A DNA stretch of 63,163 bases, filler included, from Octopus bimaculoides (taxonomy: Eukaryota): NCBI RefSeq assembly GCF_001194135.2. It is 4 parts of 4 records of this genome, joined end to end, with 100 filler letters (N's around TTAATTAATTAA, not from the genome) between each part and the next. Parts side by side here need not be neighbours in the genome. Positions count along the whole stretch, not along the records: positions 24,980 to 30,771 come from NC_068986.1; positions 30,872 to 47,750 come from NC_068987.1; 2 more parts are not named here. One strand, written 5' to 3'. Shown here in pieces: positions 28,901-42,845 of the stretch. The notes beneath the pieces are model-generated. The model saw only the letters and a program-made list of their open reading frames with translations, did no database searches and was not told where the DNA came from. Each line of letters starts with the position of its first letter. Positions within the stretch are counted from its first letter, which is position 1. The translations under genes and the position numbers were made by a program.

Positions 28901-29108
28901 GATGGTGAATGCTCCGCTCTGGTGCTAATCCTTATTTCTCTCTATTACATTCATTTATTTATCTGTTTATCTATTTATCTATCAATTATGCTATCTATTT
29001 ATTTTACAGTCGGCTCTATATCGTCTTTTACGTACGTATACATACAAACATACATACAAACATACATACACATACAAACATACATACACACATACATACA
29101 TACATACA

Positions 29109-29173
<65 letters not shown>

Positions 29174-29578
29174 GCATGCATACACAAAGAAGCGTTAGCT
29201 ATATAAAACTACACACAAAAGTTCAAGATATTCAGAAGCACATGCAGGTTTAAATACACACATATATTCTAAAAGACTAAGTCGTGTACATTTAAACAAA
29301 AAAATACACACACGCTTATATACATACGCTCACACATATTGCAAACATGCGCACATCGAGAACATAACCTCTCTTATCTAGGCCAACCCCCTGTCATGTT
29401 TTATAGTTTTTATGTTTTAGGCAACGTATTTAGAGGAAATAATGAAACATTTCTCTTGTGACAAATTTTTAAACATATAGTGTAATATAGTTAAATATAG
29501 TTTGATATAGTTTGATATAGTTTTGATATAGTGTAAGTGAAATATCAAATGATCACATGCGCACGCACGCACGCACAC

Positions 29579-29617
<39 letters not shown>

Positions 29618-29719
29618 TACACAATACACACACACATCCGTAGTTTGTTCGTCGTTGTCGACGATGACGTAGCACATCATATGGGAGAAGAAAACGGAGC
29701 ATGGTGTGTCTAGTTGTGG

Positions 29720-30600
29720 CCATTTAGTCTGATGAGTGTTCAGAAAACTCGAGCCTAAGTGGTCTGCTTGGACTGAAGGCGAGAAGCAGGCTTTGCACTT
29801 GCACAGTTTGTTTCCTTTGTGCCCCTGCTATCTTGTTCTGTTTGTAGGATTTGGCACCTCTGTTGGTGCAGCTTTGATGTTCTCTTGAGAGCAATTGCGC
29901 ATTTTTCTCAGTCATTTGCCATCTCTTAATAACTTGTTTAGATTACGAATTCTTTTCAGTGTTACAACGAAGTGCATGATTTGTGTTCAAGTCCTAGAGG
30001 TGTTTGATAGTAGAATGTGTTGTATGACTCAGAAATTTTAACGTAAAATATTTATTTTTAGGTGCGATGATCAGCCATTCTAACAAAGCTTCTGCACCAT
30101 CGAAGACGATACATAAGAAAAGTACTTTCTATGCTTGGAATGTGACGTTCCCAAAAGATTTGTGTTTGATGTAATGGATGTCCAATTTTTATTCAAAATT
30201 CTGCGTAAGTAGTATTAGTGGAAACTCTGCAAGATTTGTGGATGACCACACATACTCAACATGTGTATAAAAGAGCTGAAATGGTACAAGCTATTATCAA
30301 ACCTGTCTTGTTTTCTTTCTTCACGTTTAAGGATTTCAAGAGAGGTATCAAAGAAATTAAATTTAGAGACTAAGCAAACGTTATTAGGATCTAGCAGCTG
30401 ATGAGTATTTTCTCAAACTACCGTTGGGTAACAGACTCTCTAAGTTTAGATGTTTTTTATTCGCTTGCGAGGACGAGTGACTGAATGCTTACTTTTGACT
30501 TTGAGGTTGATTTGAAAAGAGGCTTCCATAAGGCAATGAACAGTCCAGTACTCATGCCTCTCATGGCCATAACACCACAGTATCTTGTTGATCACAAGTA
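29720..30600 (-). mobile_element. Old, highly decayed RTE-like LINE 3' fragment
   Basis: Broken frames give LQSFH*YYLRRILNKNWT..SNT, ERHIPSIE, RMADHRTPK and a terminal Cys/His-containing segment. Confidence 0.55.
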
Positions 30601-30888
30601 CGAGTAATAATAAAGTCTATCATACGCCAATACCCAGATCTTCGGATACAACCGCATATTTTTACACTTTTGTTTTGGAAAAATATATTACCTTGGTTGT
30701 ACCCTCTCAAAATAGGAGTCGTCACACAGTGAATTCTTCCTTTGTGTATGTGTGTGTATATATATATATATNNNNNNNNNNNNNNNNNNNNNNNNNNNNN
30801 NNNNNNNNNNNNNNNTTAATTAATTAANNNNNNNNNNNNNNNNNNNNNNNNNNNNNNNNNNNNNNNNNNNNTATATATATATATATAT

Positions 30889-30923
<35 letters not shown>

Positions 30924-31263
30924 TTGTGTGTGCGTCTGCATGCATGTATGTATCTACGTATTTCTTGCATGCAGGCATAATTCTAAACAAGGATTATACT
31001 TTGCTAAACTCTTCGCTCTCGTCAGACGCAATATTTTAAAAACTTCTTAACATCGACGCCCCACCCATGCCTCCTCACATCACTCATTACCGTTATTTAA
31101 ACATGTAATCAGTGAGAAACGTGATATGTCAGAGGAGCCAGTCATTCAGATTTAGATTATAAAAAGCGACTTGTTGGTCAAGAAAATAGACTACAGCAGT
31201 TGCGGTTAATAACGCTAATTGCCTCTATTAAATGATACAAATACATACATACATACCTACATA

Positions 31264-31331
<68 letters not shown>

Positions 31332-31464
31332 AGGGGTGCGGTGGGGATATGTGTGTGTGTGTGCCAAGAAAATACAAGAAAGCTATCTTAGGTAATTTAT
31401 TTCTGTACTATTGCAGCTGCATGGAATTCCTGGTCCGAAGAATGGCAATAAATGGTTGCTTCTA

Positions 31465-31480
31465 TTACTATTACTCATCA

Positions 31481-31533
<53 letters not shown>

Positions 31534-31704
31534 ATCATCATCGCCATCATCATCATCACCAACATCGTCTTGGTTCTCGCCACCTCCGCGACCACCGCTA
31601 TCACTACGATGGCCACCAGCGCCACAATCACCAGCGCCAATACCATCATCGTCGTCGTCATTATCATCGTCATCAACATCATCATCATCAACCTCCTCCT
31701 CCTC

Positions 31705-31762
<58 letters not shown>

Positions 31763-31807
31763 CCACCGTCGTCGCCGTTCCCGCAGCTGCATCCACCACT
31801 GCCACTA

Positions 31808-31846
<39 letters not shown>

Positions 31847-31900
31847 CCACCACCACTACCACCATCATCATCACTTTTTGTCGTCATCACCGTCTTCATT
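31465..31900. repeat. Compound (CAT/CGT/CAC/CAA)n trinucleotide tract
   Basis: Read directly; it produces spurious poly-His, poly-Asp and poly-Ser ORFs. Confidence 0.95.
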
Positions 31901-32253
31901 ATCACCCGTCGCTAACATCATTTAGTCACCAAACCTGCTCGAAACAACAGCTAAATTCTCCCAGATACACACTACCATCATAAAAAAAATAACAATAAAA
32001 TACACTTTGGATAAGGAAATTCTTTATTATATGGGGGAGGGGGGAAATGGGGTTGGTAGGGCTGAAACCCTTAGATTATAGGTGTATTCAGTTATCCAGA
32101 GATGCCAAGACCANNNNNNNNNNNNNNNNNNNNNNNNNNNNNNNNNNNNNNNNNNNNNNNNNNNNNNNNNNNNNNNNNNNNNNNNNNNNNNNNNNNNNNN
32201 NNNNNNNNNNNNNNNNNNNNNNNNNNNNNNNNNNNNNNNNNNNNNNNNNNNNN

Positions 32254-32284
<31 letters not shown>

Positions 32285-32559
32285 AATTTGATTTTTAGAG
32301 AGAAATTCTCTCTATATATTGAAGGCACACCGAAGCGCTTAAGAAATTTGAGCCATTGGAGAAATACGAAAACAATGATGAGAAACTAAAAACGGGTTAC
32401 CAATACACATATAATCAAATATATTCCGTTATAAAAATATTATGTGTACTAAATCGTACAATAAAGATATATATGTATATAAAAACATCAAAAATATATA
32501 AATATATCAATATAAATACACTAAAATATATAAAGATTATATAAAGATATAGTCCGACT

Positions 32560-32840
32560 TAGGAGGCACAATGGCCCAGTGGTTAGGGCAGCAGGCTCAC
32601 GGTCGTAGGATCGCGGTTTCGATTCCCAGACCGGACGTTGTGAGTGTTTATTGTACTTGTATATCAAAGGGCCAGCCTTGTCACACTCTGTGTCACACTG
32701 AATCTCCCCCGAGAACTACGTTAAGGGTACAGGTGTCTGTGGAGTGCTCATCCACTTGTACGTTAATTTCACAAGCAGGCTGTACCGTTGATCGGATCAA
32801 CTGGAACCCTCGTCGTCGCAAGCGACGGAGTGCCAACAGT
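32560..32840 (+). mobile_element. tRNA-derived SINE, family D
   Basis: A-box TGGCCCAGTGGTT and B-box GGTTTCGATTCCC; the 3' half recurs inverted at 9990-10135. Confidence 0.8.
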
Positions 32841-34254
32841 ATACATATAGATGGATGGATAGATNNNNNNNNNNAACAGTATACATATAGATCGATGGAT
32901 AGATATAGATGTATATGTGTATGCATGTGTATTATATATATATATATATATATATTAGAATATGTGTATATATATCTGCATATTTATACACATATAAGTA
33001 TATATGCATATGACTTTTCGAGGATATCGTAGAAATCCTACTACTCATGAAGTCTTAATTCCTAATTATGACAATAGGTTGGTTGGAATTATTGTGCATG
33101 TATATGGTTTCCTCCTTTTGTATTCTTAATGCTAGTATTTACCAGTGGATAAATGTAGCGTTATGTCCACATATTAGGCTATTGCTAATGCTGCTATAAA
33201 GGTGATGTTTCAACAGGACTTTTTGAATTTCCTGATATGTGAATTGAGTTTGTGAGAGAAAGATAGTAAACCGGACTTTGCTTGGTTTAACAAAGCTAAC
33301 AGGGTCCTGGATAGATATATTAAAATTTCATTCATAGTGCCCTTCCAGTCCGGCTTGATACCTACCTACCTACCTACCTACCTACCTATCTATCTACCTA
33401 CCTACCTACCTACCTACCTACCTACCTACCTACCGACATACATACATACATGCATACATACATACATATAGATATATATATATAAATATGTGTGTGTGTG
33501 TGTGAGTATGCATATATATATATAATATGTTGTGATATAATTTTATATAATGCCATATATGTGTGTGTGAAAGAGAGGGAGGGAGAGAGTGTGAGAAAGA
33601 GAGAGAGGGAGAGAGAGTGTGAGAAAGAGAGAGAGACAAAGAGAGAGGGAGTGCTTGGTCAGTTGCTGCTGCTTCTACAACGACATAACAGCAATGAAAA
33701 CGAAACCAAACAGCGGTATCACGTGATTTTTGTAAGAATGACGTGAACTTCCGGAACTAATTTCATAAGGGATTAGTTTAATTTCAATCATTTCAATTTA
33801 TTTTCCCCGCTTATTTCAGCATGACAAAATCAGCTTTTAAAGCGATTGAAATAGGTAACATATTTTCATAAAGTTCTCAAAGCATTTTCTTCTGTTATGC
33901 TTGNNNNNNNNNNNNNNNNNNNNNNNNNNNNNNNNNNNNNNNNNNNNNNNNNNNNNNNNNNNNNNNNNNNNNNNNNNNNNNNNNNNNNNNNNNNNNNNNN
34001 NNNNNNNNNNNNNNNNNNNNNNNNNNNNNNNNNNNNNNNNNNNNNNNNNNNNNNNNNNNNNNNNNNNNNNNNNNNNNNNNNNNNNNNNNNNNNNNNNNNN
34101 NNNNNNNNNNNNNNNNNNNNATGTATGTATGTATATATATACACATATACATATATATGTGTGTGTGTGTTGACGAGTTCTTAACGAACAAAACCGCTAA
34201 TAAAAAATTATCCCAAATTCTGACTGTCTCCTTTTTTTTTCTCTCTCTCTCTTC

Positions 34255-34295
<41 letters not shown>

Positions 34296-34359
34296 ATGCA
34301 ATAAATTAAACATAAAATGTTAATCTGCAGCTTGATTAACATATTTATTACTTTGAAGT

Positions 34360-34560
34360 TTTAGCACAAGGCCAAGAAGTTTGGGGAAGAGTTAAGTCAA
34401 TTACATTGGCGTATTCCTCAACTGGTACTAATTTTATCGACCCCCAAAAGGATGAAAGGCTGAGTCAACCTCGTCCGCATTTGAACCCAGAACGTAAAGA
34501 CGGGCGAATACCGTTAGGCATTTTACCTAGCGGGCTAACAATTTGGCCAGCTGGCCGCGT
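34360..34560 (-). mobile_element. SINE family B
   Basis: Homologous to 36840-37030. Confidence 0.8.
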
Positions 34561-34920
34561 TACGTTTGATTAAACTATAAGAGGTATATCTTATAATTGA
34601 TAACCAAAATCCGCACAATTTTCCGTGTAAGCCACATCACAAAGCCCATGTCTTTCTATAAGCTTCTTAAAGACCACCCTGGTATATTTCCCATCAGTTG
34701 CCGAGTTCTTCGTTCAATGCAGGTTATCTTACTTTCATCAAATGTACAGAAGCAGACCAGCTTTTGTTGTATAATCTGCTTTCGTTTAGAAACGCGAGTT
34801 CTTCGCAGTTTCACCGAATTTTGTTACTCTGACAAGTTTAATTGAATATGCATCTGCTTATCTAACAATTTTATTTATTTGTACGGCATATCTGAATGAC
34901 TACTTATATACAAACCCATG

Positions 34921-34960
<40 letters not shown>

Positions 34961-35157
34961 TGATACATACACGTATATATATACACACACTTATATGTAT
35001 AGCCATACACATATGTGTGTATATATGTATATATAAATATACAAGTATGTATGTATACACTCATGTATACATTTGATATGCATGCATATAGATTTACGTA
35101 AGTATATATGTATATATATATGCATATATATACTTATGTATATATTGATATACATGC

Positions 35158-35158
35158 A

Positions 35159-35215
<57 letters not shown>

Positions 35216-35244
35216 GTCTATCTATCTATCTATCTATCTATCTG

Positions 35245-35303
<59 letters not shown>

Positions 35304-35312
35304 ATCTATCTT

Positions 35313-35369
<57 letters not shown>

Positions 35370-35370
35370 T
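35158..35370. repeat. (TCTA)n microsatellite (also 3866-3935, 14460-14533, 38026-38110, 47460-47550)
   Basis: Read directly. Confidence 0.95.
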
Positions 35371-36121
35371 TATGTATGTACAAATACGTGTGTGTGTTTG
35401 TGTGTGCGTGTGCGTGTGTATGCGTTGCGCAATAAATTTAACAATATCGCTTTATTTTTTCAATCTGTCCGAAGTTATAAACTTCAAATGGTGTTTATTT
35501 ATTTATTATCATTATTGTTGTTGTTGTTGTTATTATTATTATTATTATTATTATTAATATTATTGTTGTTGTTATTAGACATTATTCGTTTGTAGTTTGT
35601 TCATGGGAACCTTTATCTTCTATAAGTGGTCTTTGTGTTTATTTCGGGCTATTTAAACGGAAACAAGACAAACTCGAAACGAAATAAATGAAAGAAGAAA
35701 GGAAGATAGGAAGGAAGTGGGGCGCGCGGGGGGCGTAGCGGGAGCGAAGCTGGAGGAAGAGGTGAATCGGCAAACGGATCGGAAGTAGAAATTTGTAGAA
35801 TTAGATGCGTATGAGTGATTTAACTGAAACAAATCATTATTATCTTTTTAAGCATAAAACAAGCTGAAAGAAATAACACAGAGAAGCCAGTGGCCTGCAT
35901 GTGAACATAAACGGATACAGGTATATCAAATACCATACAACATGCGGTAAAACATTTTGGTTTTTGTTTTCATGACCCTTGGTCAGTCTTAGTTGAACAG
36001 ATACCAAAGGTTTTCAATGATTATTTGTAATGTATCTTAGATGAGGCTAACCTTGCCGTGTCTTTTAACAAATATATTGGTAAGTGACAAGTGGGGGATT
36101 TGACTATTATTTCTAGAGATC

Positions 36122-36221
36122 AAACGCAGGCGTGGCTGTGAGGTAAGAAGCTTGCTTCCCAACCCCATGGTTCCGAGTTCAGTCCCACTGCGTGGCACCT
36201 TGGGCAAGTGTCTCCGACTAT
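36122..36221 (+). mobile_element. SINE family A, tRNA-like head
   Basis: GGCGTGGCTGTGAGGTAAG...GAGTTCAGTCCCACTGCGTGGCACCTTGGGCAAGTG. Confidence 0.85.
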
Positions 36222-36837
36222 ACTTCCAATACCGTATGAGGTGTCCCACTGCTATTTTTAGTGGTTTGAACGATCATATAGAGTTGTGGTTCTCAATCCG
36301 GGTCCATATGGTTCCTGGGGGTCAATATAAGATTTCAAGGGGCTATGCAAAAAAATTGTAAACTGGGGATCCACATTAGTATTTTAAGGGTTCCTGAAAA
36401 AATTTTGCTTTACGTCTGTGTATTGGTATGGATTACAAGAAACAGCTAGGTTTCTTTTTTTTTCCACCAACATTTTACATAGTTAAACCTACACAANNNN
36501 NNNNNNNNNNNNNNNNNNNNNNNNNNNNNNNNNNNNNNNNNNNNNNNNNNNNNNNNNNNNNNNNNNNNNNNNNNNNNNNNNNNNNNNNNNNNNNNNNNNN
36601 NNNNNNNNNNNNNNNNNNNNNNNNNNNNNNNNNNNNNNNNNNNNNNNNNNNNNNNNNNNNNNNNNNNNNNNNNNNNNNNNNNNNNNNNNNNNNNNNNNNN
36701 NNNNNNNNNNNNNNNNNNNNNNNNNNNNNNNNNNNNNNNNNNNNNNNNNNNNNNNNNNNNNNNNNNNNNNNNNNNNNNNNNNNNNNNNNNNNNNNNNNNN
36801 NNNNNNNNNNNNNNNNNNNNNNNNNNNNNNNNNNNNC

Positions 36838-37617
36838 TGAAATTTTGTGGGAGGGGGGGCCAGTCGATTAGATCGACTCCAGTACGCAACTGGTACTTAA
36901 TTTATCGACACCAAAAGGATGACAGGCAAAGTTGACCTCAGCGAAATTTGAACCCAGAACGTAGCGACGGGCGAAATACCGCTATGCATTTCGTTCAGCG
37001 TGCTAATGGTTCTGCCAGCTCGCCGCCTTCCATGAAAATAATCTTTTCTACTCAAGGCACAAGGCCCTAAATTTTTGGAGAGGCGGCCAGTCAATTAGAC
37101 CGACCCCAGTACGCAACTGGTACTTAATTTATCAACACCGAAAGGATGAAAGAATAAACACATAATCATATATATATATATAATCTTTTCTACTCTAGGC
37201 ACAAGGACCGAAATTTTGGGGGAAAGGTCCAGTCAATTTGATTGACCCCAGTACGCAACTGGTACTCAATTTTATCGACTCCAAAAGGTTGAAAGGCAAA
37301 GTTGGCCTCAGCGGAATTTGAACTCAGAACGTAGCGACGGGCGAATTACCGCTAAGCATATCGTCCAGCGTGCTAACGATTCTTATTTCTTTATTGCCCA
37401 CAAGGGGCTAAACATAGAAGGGACAAACAAGGACAGACAAGGGGATTAAGTCGATTACATCGACCCCAGTGTGTAACTGGTGCTTAATTTATCGACCCCG
37501 AAAGGATGAAAGGCAAAGTCAACCTGGGCGGAATTTGAACTCAGAACATAACGGCAGACGAAGTACCGCTAAGCATTTCACCCGGTATGCTATCGTTTCT
37601 GCCAGCTCGCCGCCTTG
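36838..37617 (-). mobile_element. Cluster of four co-oriented SINE family B copies
   Basis: Units at about 36838-37030, 37040-37150, 37180-37380 and 37385-37617; the last has an alternative 3' tail. Confidence 0.88.
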
Positions 37618-38025
37618 TTGATGATAATAACGCCGGATGAGAGAACATAAAGAGGTTTTCAAGGAAGAAATCAGGTGAGAAGTAAAGACTAAAAGAAGGA
37701 AAGAGAGAAGAAAATAAGCAAAAGAAGAAGATGAAAGAAAGGAAGAACGCTGTTAATGCTTTACATCATCTTAGCACGTGGAAGCAGTTAATGAGGACGA
37801 TCTTTAGATGCATTGGACGGAAATGAAGGCTGATGCGAGTGAGCGAGCCAGAAGAAGTAATACTACAGTTTTGTAGAGAGAAACTGAAGAATTAATTGCT
37901 TCTGGAATTCAGTGACAAATGTAACGAAGGAATCTATTTCAAATTCTTCAACGAAGCTTTTCATCCGAAATGACTGCACAAAGAGTGCAAACAATATACG
38001 TATGTATGTGTGTGTGGAGTCTAAT

Positions 38026-38091
<66 letters not shown>

Positions 38092-38179
38092 GTCTGTCTG
38101 TCTATCTATCTGCCTGTCTTTCTGTCTGTCTGTCAATCCATCATCCATCTATCTGTCTGTCTGCCTGTCTGTTTGTCAG

Positions 38180-38220
<41 letters not shown>

Positions 38221-39670
38221 ATGTGTATGTGTCTGTGTCTGTGTCTGTGTGTTTGTTGAAATTTCGTTTATGTAAAGCAGTAATAAAAACCAGTTGTTAG
38301 AACTCAAGATACTTTTGCTTTAGAATAACTTGTCAAGAGACTGCAGAGCATAATATTACTTACATTTTAAACATCGATGGCTATGGAGATCCACCAGAAG
38401 AAAATAGTAATCGAAGGGGTTAGATAAAAAAAAAATGGTTGTGAACCCCTGATGTAAAGGAGGAACTTCCATGAAAATAATGCCTTAATGAAAATAATGT
38501 TCTTGGTAAAAGAACACGAGTTATGTAATCACCTTCATTAGCTCACGGCTCTTTCTGCTATAGGAATCAGTGCACTCAAAGTTGAGTGCGTGTGCAACAT
38601 CTAATAAATTTCTCGGAGTTACGAAAATAAAGTGCATGTATATTTCGGAAACAAGCATGCATACTGACGTGCATATACACATTCATGCATACACACACAC
38701 ACACACACACACACGAAGATATGTATATATCATTGTGTGTGTGAAATAAGTATGTATAAAAATTCTATGTCGTCGATGTGCAAAAAAGAACAGGAGTAAC
38801 CAGCAGTTTCATCTTCACCAATATCTAAAGTTTGTTTTCAATGGTGGTATGGGTTGGACGGTTCGATAAGATATATATATATATATATATATATATTTAT
38901 TTATATTTGTATGTATATAAATACATTTGTATGTGNNNNNNNNNNNNNNNNNNNNNNNNNNNNNNNNNNNNNNNNNNNNNNNNNNNNNNNNNNNNNNNNN
39001 NNNNNNNNNNNNNNNNNNNNNNNNNNNNNNNNNNNNNNNNNNNNNNNNNNNNNNNNNNNNNNNNNNNNNNNNNNNNNNNNNNNNNNNNNNNNNNNNNNNN
39101 NNNNNNNNNNNNNNNNNNNNNNNNNNNNNNNNNNNNNNNNNNNNNNNNNNNNNNNNNNNNNNNNNNNNNNNNNNNNNNNNNNNNNNNNNNNNNNNNNNNN
39201 NNNNNNNNNNNNNNNNNNNNNNNNNNNNNNNNNNNNNNNNNNNNNNNNNNNNNNNNNNNNNNNNNNNNNNNNNNNNNNNNNNNNNNNNNNNNNNNNNNNN
39301 NNNNNNNNNNNNNNNNNNNNNNNNNNNNNNNNNNNNNNNNNNNNNNNNNNNNNNNNNNNNNNNNNNNNNNNNNNNNNNNNNNNNNNNNNNNNNNNNNNNN
39401 NNNNNNNNNNNNNNNNNNNNNNNNNNNNNNNNNNNNNNNNNNNNNNNNNNNNNNNNNNNNNNNNNNNNNNNNNNNNNNNNNNNNNNNNNNNNNNNNNNNN
39501 NNNNNNNNNNNNNNNNNNNNNNNNNNNNNNNNNNNNNNNNNNNNNNNNNNNNNNNNNNNNNNNNNNNNNNNNNNNNNNNNNNNNNNNNNNNNNNNNNNNN
39601 NNNNNNNNNNNNNNNNNNNNNNNNNNNNNNNNNNNNNNNNNNNNNNNNNNNNNNNNNNNNNNNNNNNNNN

Positions 39671-40033
39671 CTTCTTCTTCTTCTTCTTCTTCTTCTTCTT
39701 CTTCTTCTTCTCCTTCTCTCCTTCTTCTTCTTCTTCTTCTTCTTCTTCTTCTCCTCTTCCTCTCCTTCTTCTTCTTCTTCTTCTTCTTTTTCTCCTTCTC
39801 CTCTCCTTCTTCTTCTTCTTCTTCTTCTTCTTCTTCTCCTTCTCTTCCTCTCCTCCATCTCCTCCTCCTCCTCCTTCTTCCTCATCTTCTTCTTCTCCTT
39901 CTCTTCCTCTCCTCCATCTCCTCCTCCTCCTCCTCCTCCTCCTTCTTCTTCTTCTGCTTGTGTCATTATCATCATCACCACCACCACCACCACCATCATC
40001 ATCATCGTCGTCATCGTCGTCGTTATTATTATC

Positions 40034-40101
<68 letters not shown>

Positions 40102-40120
40102 GACTACTACTATAATTATT
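39671..40120. repeat. Compound (CTT/CTC)n, (CAT/CAC)n and (TAC)n tract
   Basis: Read directly. Confidence 0.95.
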
Positions 40121-40724
40121 ATTCAGTTAAGTAGTGTTACAAGCGTTTAAGATAGTCTTACATAATACGCTGTATTGTTGGAGATCGCATGAAAGCCGGC
40201 GATAAGTGAAACGGACGGTATTGTCGTCAAAGCTTCCTTTATTATCTCTGCTTTTGGTCATCTTCACTAAAGTGTTTTCATTATACTGTTCTACCATTAA
40301 AATAAAAGTAATACTAATCTTAATAATTTACAGTTTTGGTCTTGTCTTTGTTCGACTAGAACAGAACGGAAAACTTCAGATTACAATTCCTCTCAAACAT
40401 TGAGGAAACGACTTTTGATCGGATTTTATTTAATGAAGTGGAAGTCGAGGTCAATAATTCGCAATGATTTCACGATAGAAGTTATTGTCATTATTGTCAA
40501 ATGTGGTCTAGTGGTCAGGGTGCTGCACTCAAGATCGCAAGATCATGGTTTCGATTCCAGGATTAGGCGGTGCGTTATGTTCTTGAGCAAAACACTTCGT
40601 TTCACGTTGTTTCAGTCTGCTCAGCCGTAAATGAGTAACCCTGTGCTAGACTGGGGTCCTGTTCAGAGAGAATGTTATGATCATGGTTAATTAATTAGTT
40701 AGTTAGCTAGCTAGTTAATGCTCT

Positions 40725-41080
40725 CCGTGCCATGAAGCACATAAGGCCGCAACATGATCTCTCCAACTAGCCCTGTTTTCTGCCATTGTTCTGGTCCCAT
40801 TCCAGCTTCCCCAACCTTGTCTCCTTCCCTTGTCAGTGGCCCTTCTCCATGTGGTTTTAGGGCGCCCTGCTGCTCTTTTCCCTTCTTGCTACCTTAGTGT
40901 TACCATACAATGACTTTCTCGATCTTGTCTGAGGACGTGTCCACTCCAGCCTCAGTGTCTACGTCTTATCTCGTCACTGATCCCCTTCATGTTCGTTGTT
41001 GTCCTTATACGCCACGAACACCTAGTAACCAGCGCTGTGAGTCTTAAGAATCGAGACAGTAATTGTCCAGGGTTGATGAT
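40725..41080 (-). mobile_element. LINE (RTE-like) RT C-terminal fragment
   Basis: ISDEIRRRH*GWSGHVLRQ...GKRAAGRPKTTWRR...NRASWRDHVAALCAS, followed on the minus strand by a short TAAC-like tail. Confidence 0.8.
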
Positions 41081-41539
41081 CATAGTATAAACTGAAACCC
41101 AAAGAAAAGGGCTGTTATCAAAAACATTACACGTATGCCATAATGGTTTAGCTAGGATTATCAGCGCCTGGAACGCAAAGACAATATTGATTACTTCCAG
41201 CTTAATTATCAGGCATGATAAGCAAGAAGAAATCTTACCCTCCTTTACCTCTGCACTCAGGGGAGGATACTCTTCCTTCTCTCTTGCTGCATCTCTGCAA
41301 TGACTATCCAACGCCTTGATTATAGACTGTCTAACGCGTTCTTTTATTGAATATTTATAAGATCAAACAAAAATGACCTGCCTCAAAATGAGCTTGGGCC
41401 CTTCAAGTTTCTCAAGTAATCTTTATATAATAAGTTTTAAACGGTATTTATGAGCTGACTCCTCTAAGATAAAATATACCTAAATCAGGAATTTGAAGAG
41501 GAGGACATTAAAGGAAAATTAATCTTTTGACAGTAAACA

Positions 41540-42845
41540 GTCGCAGGCTTGGCCATTTGGTTAGAAGCTTGCTTCCCAACCATATGGTTTCGGTACCTTG
41601 GGCAAGTGTCTCCTACTATAGCCTCGGCTCGTCTAAAGCCTCGTGAGTGGATTTGACAGACAGAATCTGAAAGAAGCCTGTCGTACATATATATATATAT
41701 ATANNNNNNNNNNNNNNNNNNNNNNNNNNNNNNNNNNNNNNNNNNNNNNNNNNNNNNNNNNNNNNNNNNNNNNNNNNNNNNNNNNNNNNNNNNNNNNNNN
41801 NNNNNNNNNNNNNNNNNNNNNNNNNNNNNNNNNNNNNNNNNNNNNNNNNNNNNNNNNNNNNNNNNNNNNNNNNNNNNNNNNNNNNNNNNNNNNNNNNNNN
41901 NNNNNNNNNNNNNNNNNNNNNNNNNNNNNNNNNNNNNNNNNNNNNNNNNNNNNNNNNNNNNNNNNNNNNNNNNNNNNNNNNNNNNNNNNNNNNNNNNNNN
42001 NNNNNNNNNNNNNNNNNNNNNNNNNNNNNNNNNNNNNNNNNNNNNNNNNNNNNNNNNNNNNNNNNNNNNNNNNNNNNNNNNNNNNNNNNNNNNNNNNNNN
42101 NNNNNNNNNNNNNNNNNNNNNNNNNNNNNNNNNNNNNNNNNNNNNNNNNNNNNNNNNNNNNNNNNNNNNNNNNNNNNNNNNNNNNNNNNNNNNNNNNNNN
42201 NNNNNNNNNNNNNNNNNNNNNNNNNNNNNNNNNNNNNNNNNNNNNNNNNNNNNNNNNNNNNNNNNNNNNNNNNNNNNNNNNNNNNNNNNNNNNNNNNNNN
42301 NNNNNNNNNNNNNNNNNNNNNNNNNNNNNNNNNNNNNNNNNNNNNNNNNNNNNNNNNNNNNNNNNNNNNNNNNNNNNNNNNNNNNNNNNNNNNNNNNNNN
42401 NNNNNNNNNNNNNNNNNNNNNNNNNNNNNNNNNNNNNNNNNNNNNNNNNNNNNNNNNNNNNNNNNNNNNNNNNNNNNNNNNNNNNNNNNNNNNNNNNNNN
42501 NNNNNNNNNNNNNNNNNNNNNNNNNNNNNNNNNNNNNNNNNNNNNNNNNNNNNNNNNNNNNNNNNNNNNNNNNNNNNNNNNNNNNNNNNNNNNNNNNNNN
42601 TATATATATATATATGTATGTATTCATGTGTGAGTGTCTTTATGTTTGTGTATGTCCGTCACCACGACTTGAGAATCGGTGTTGGTGTGTTTCCGTAGCC
42701 GTATCTTAGCGGCTCGGCAAAAGGGAACCAACAAAATAAGTACTAGGCTTAAAAGAAAAACAAAAGAGCACTGGGGTCGATTTATTCGACTAAAATTCTT
42801 GAAGGCGGTGCCCCAGCATGGCCGCAGTCTAATGAGATAAACGTT
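41540..42845 (+). mobile_element. SINE family A spanning an N gap at its internal microsatellite
   Basis: 5' half at 41540-41700 and 3' half at 42620-42845, both homologous to other copies. Confidence 0.75.

Noticed and set aside
31232-31983. Long poly-Ser, poly-His, poly-Asp and poly-Met ORFs
   Set aside because: A compound trinucleotide repeat is open in several frames on both strands, with no splice or domain support.
40162-40285. Open minus-strand segment YNENTLVKM...QQYSVL with AG/GTAAGA boundaries
   Set aside because: No similarity to C2, DSL or EGF sequence; probably chance. Only RNA-seq could rescue it.
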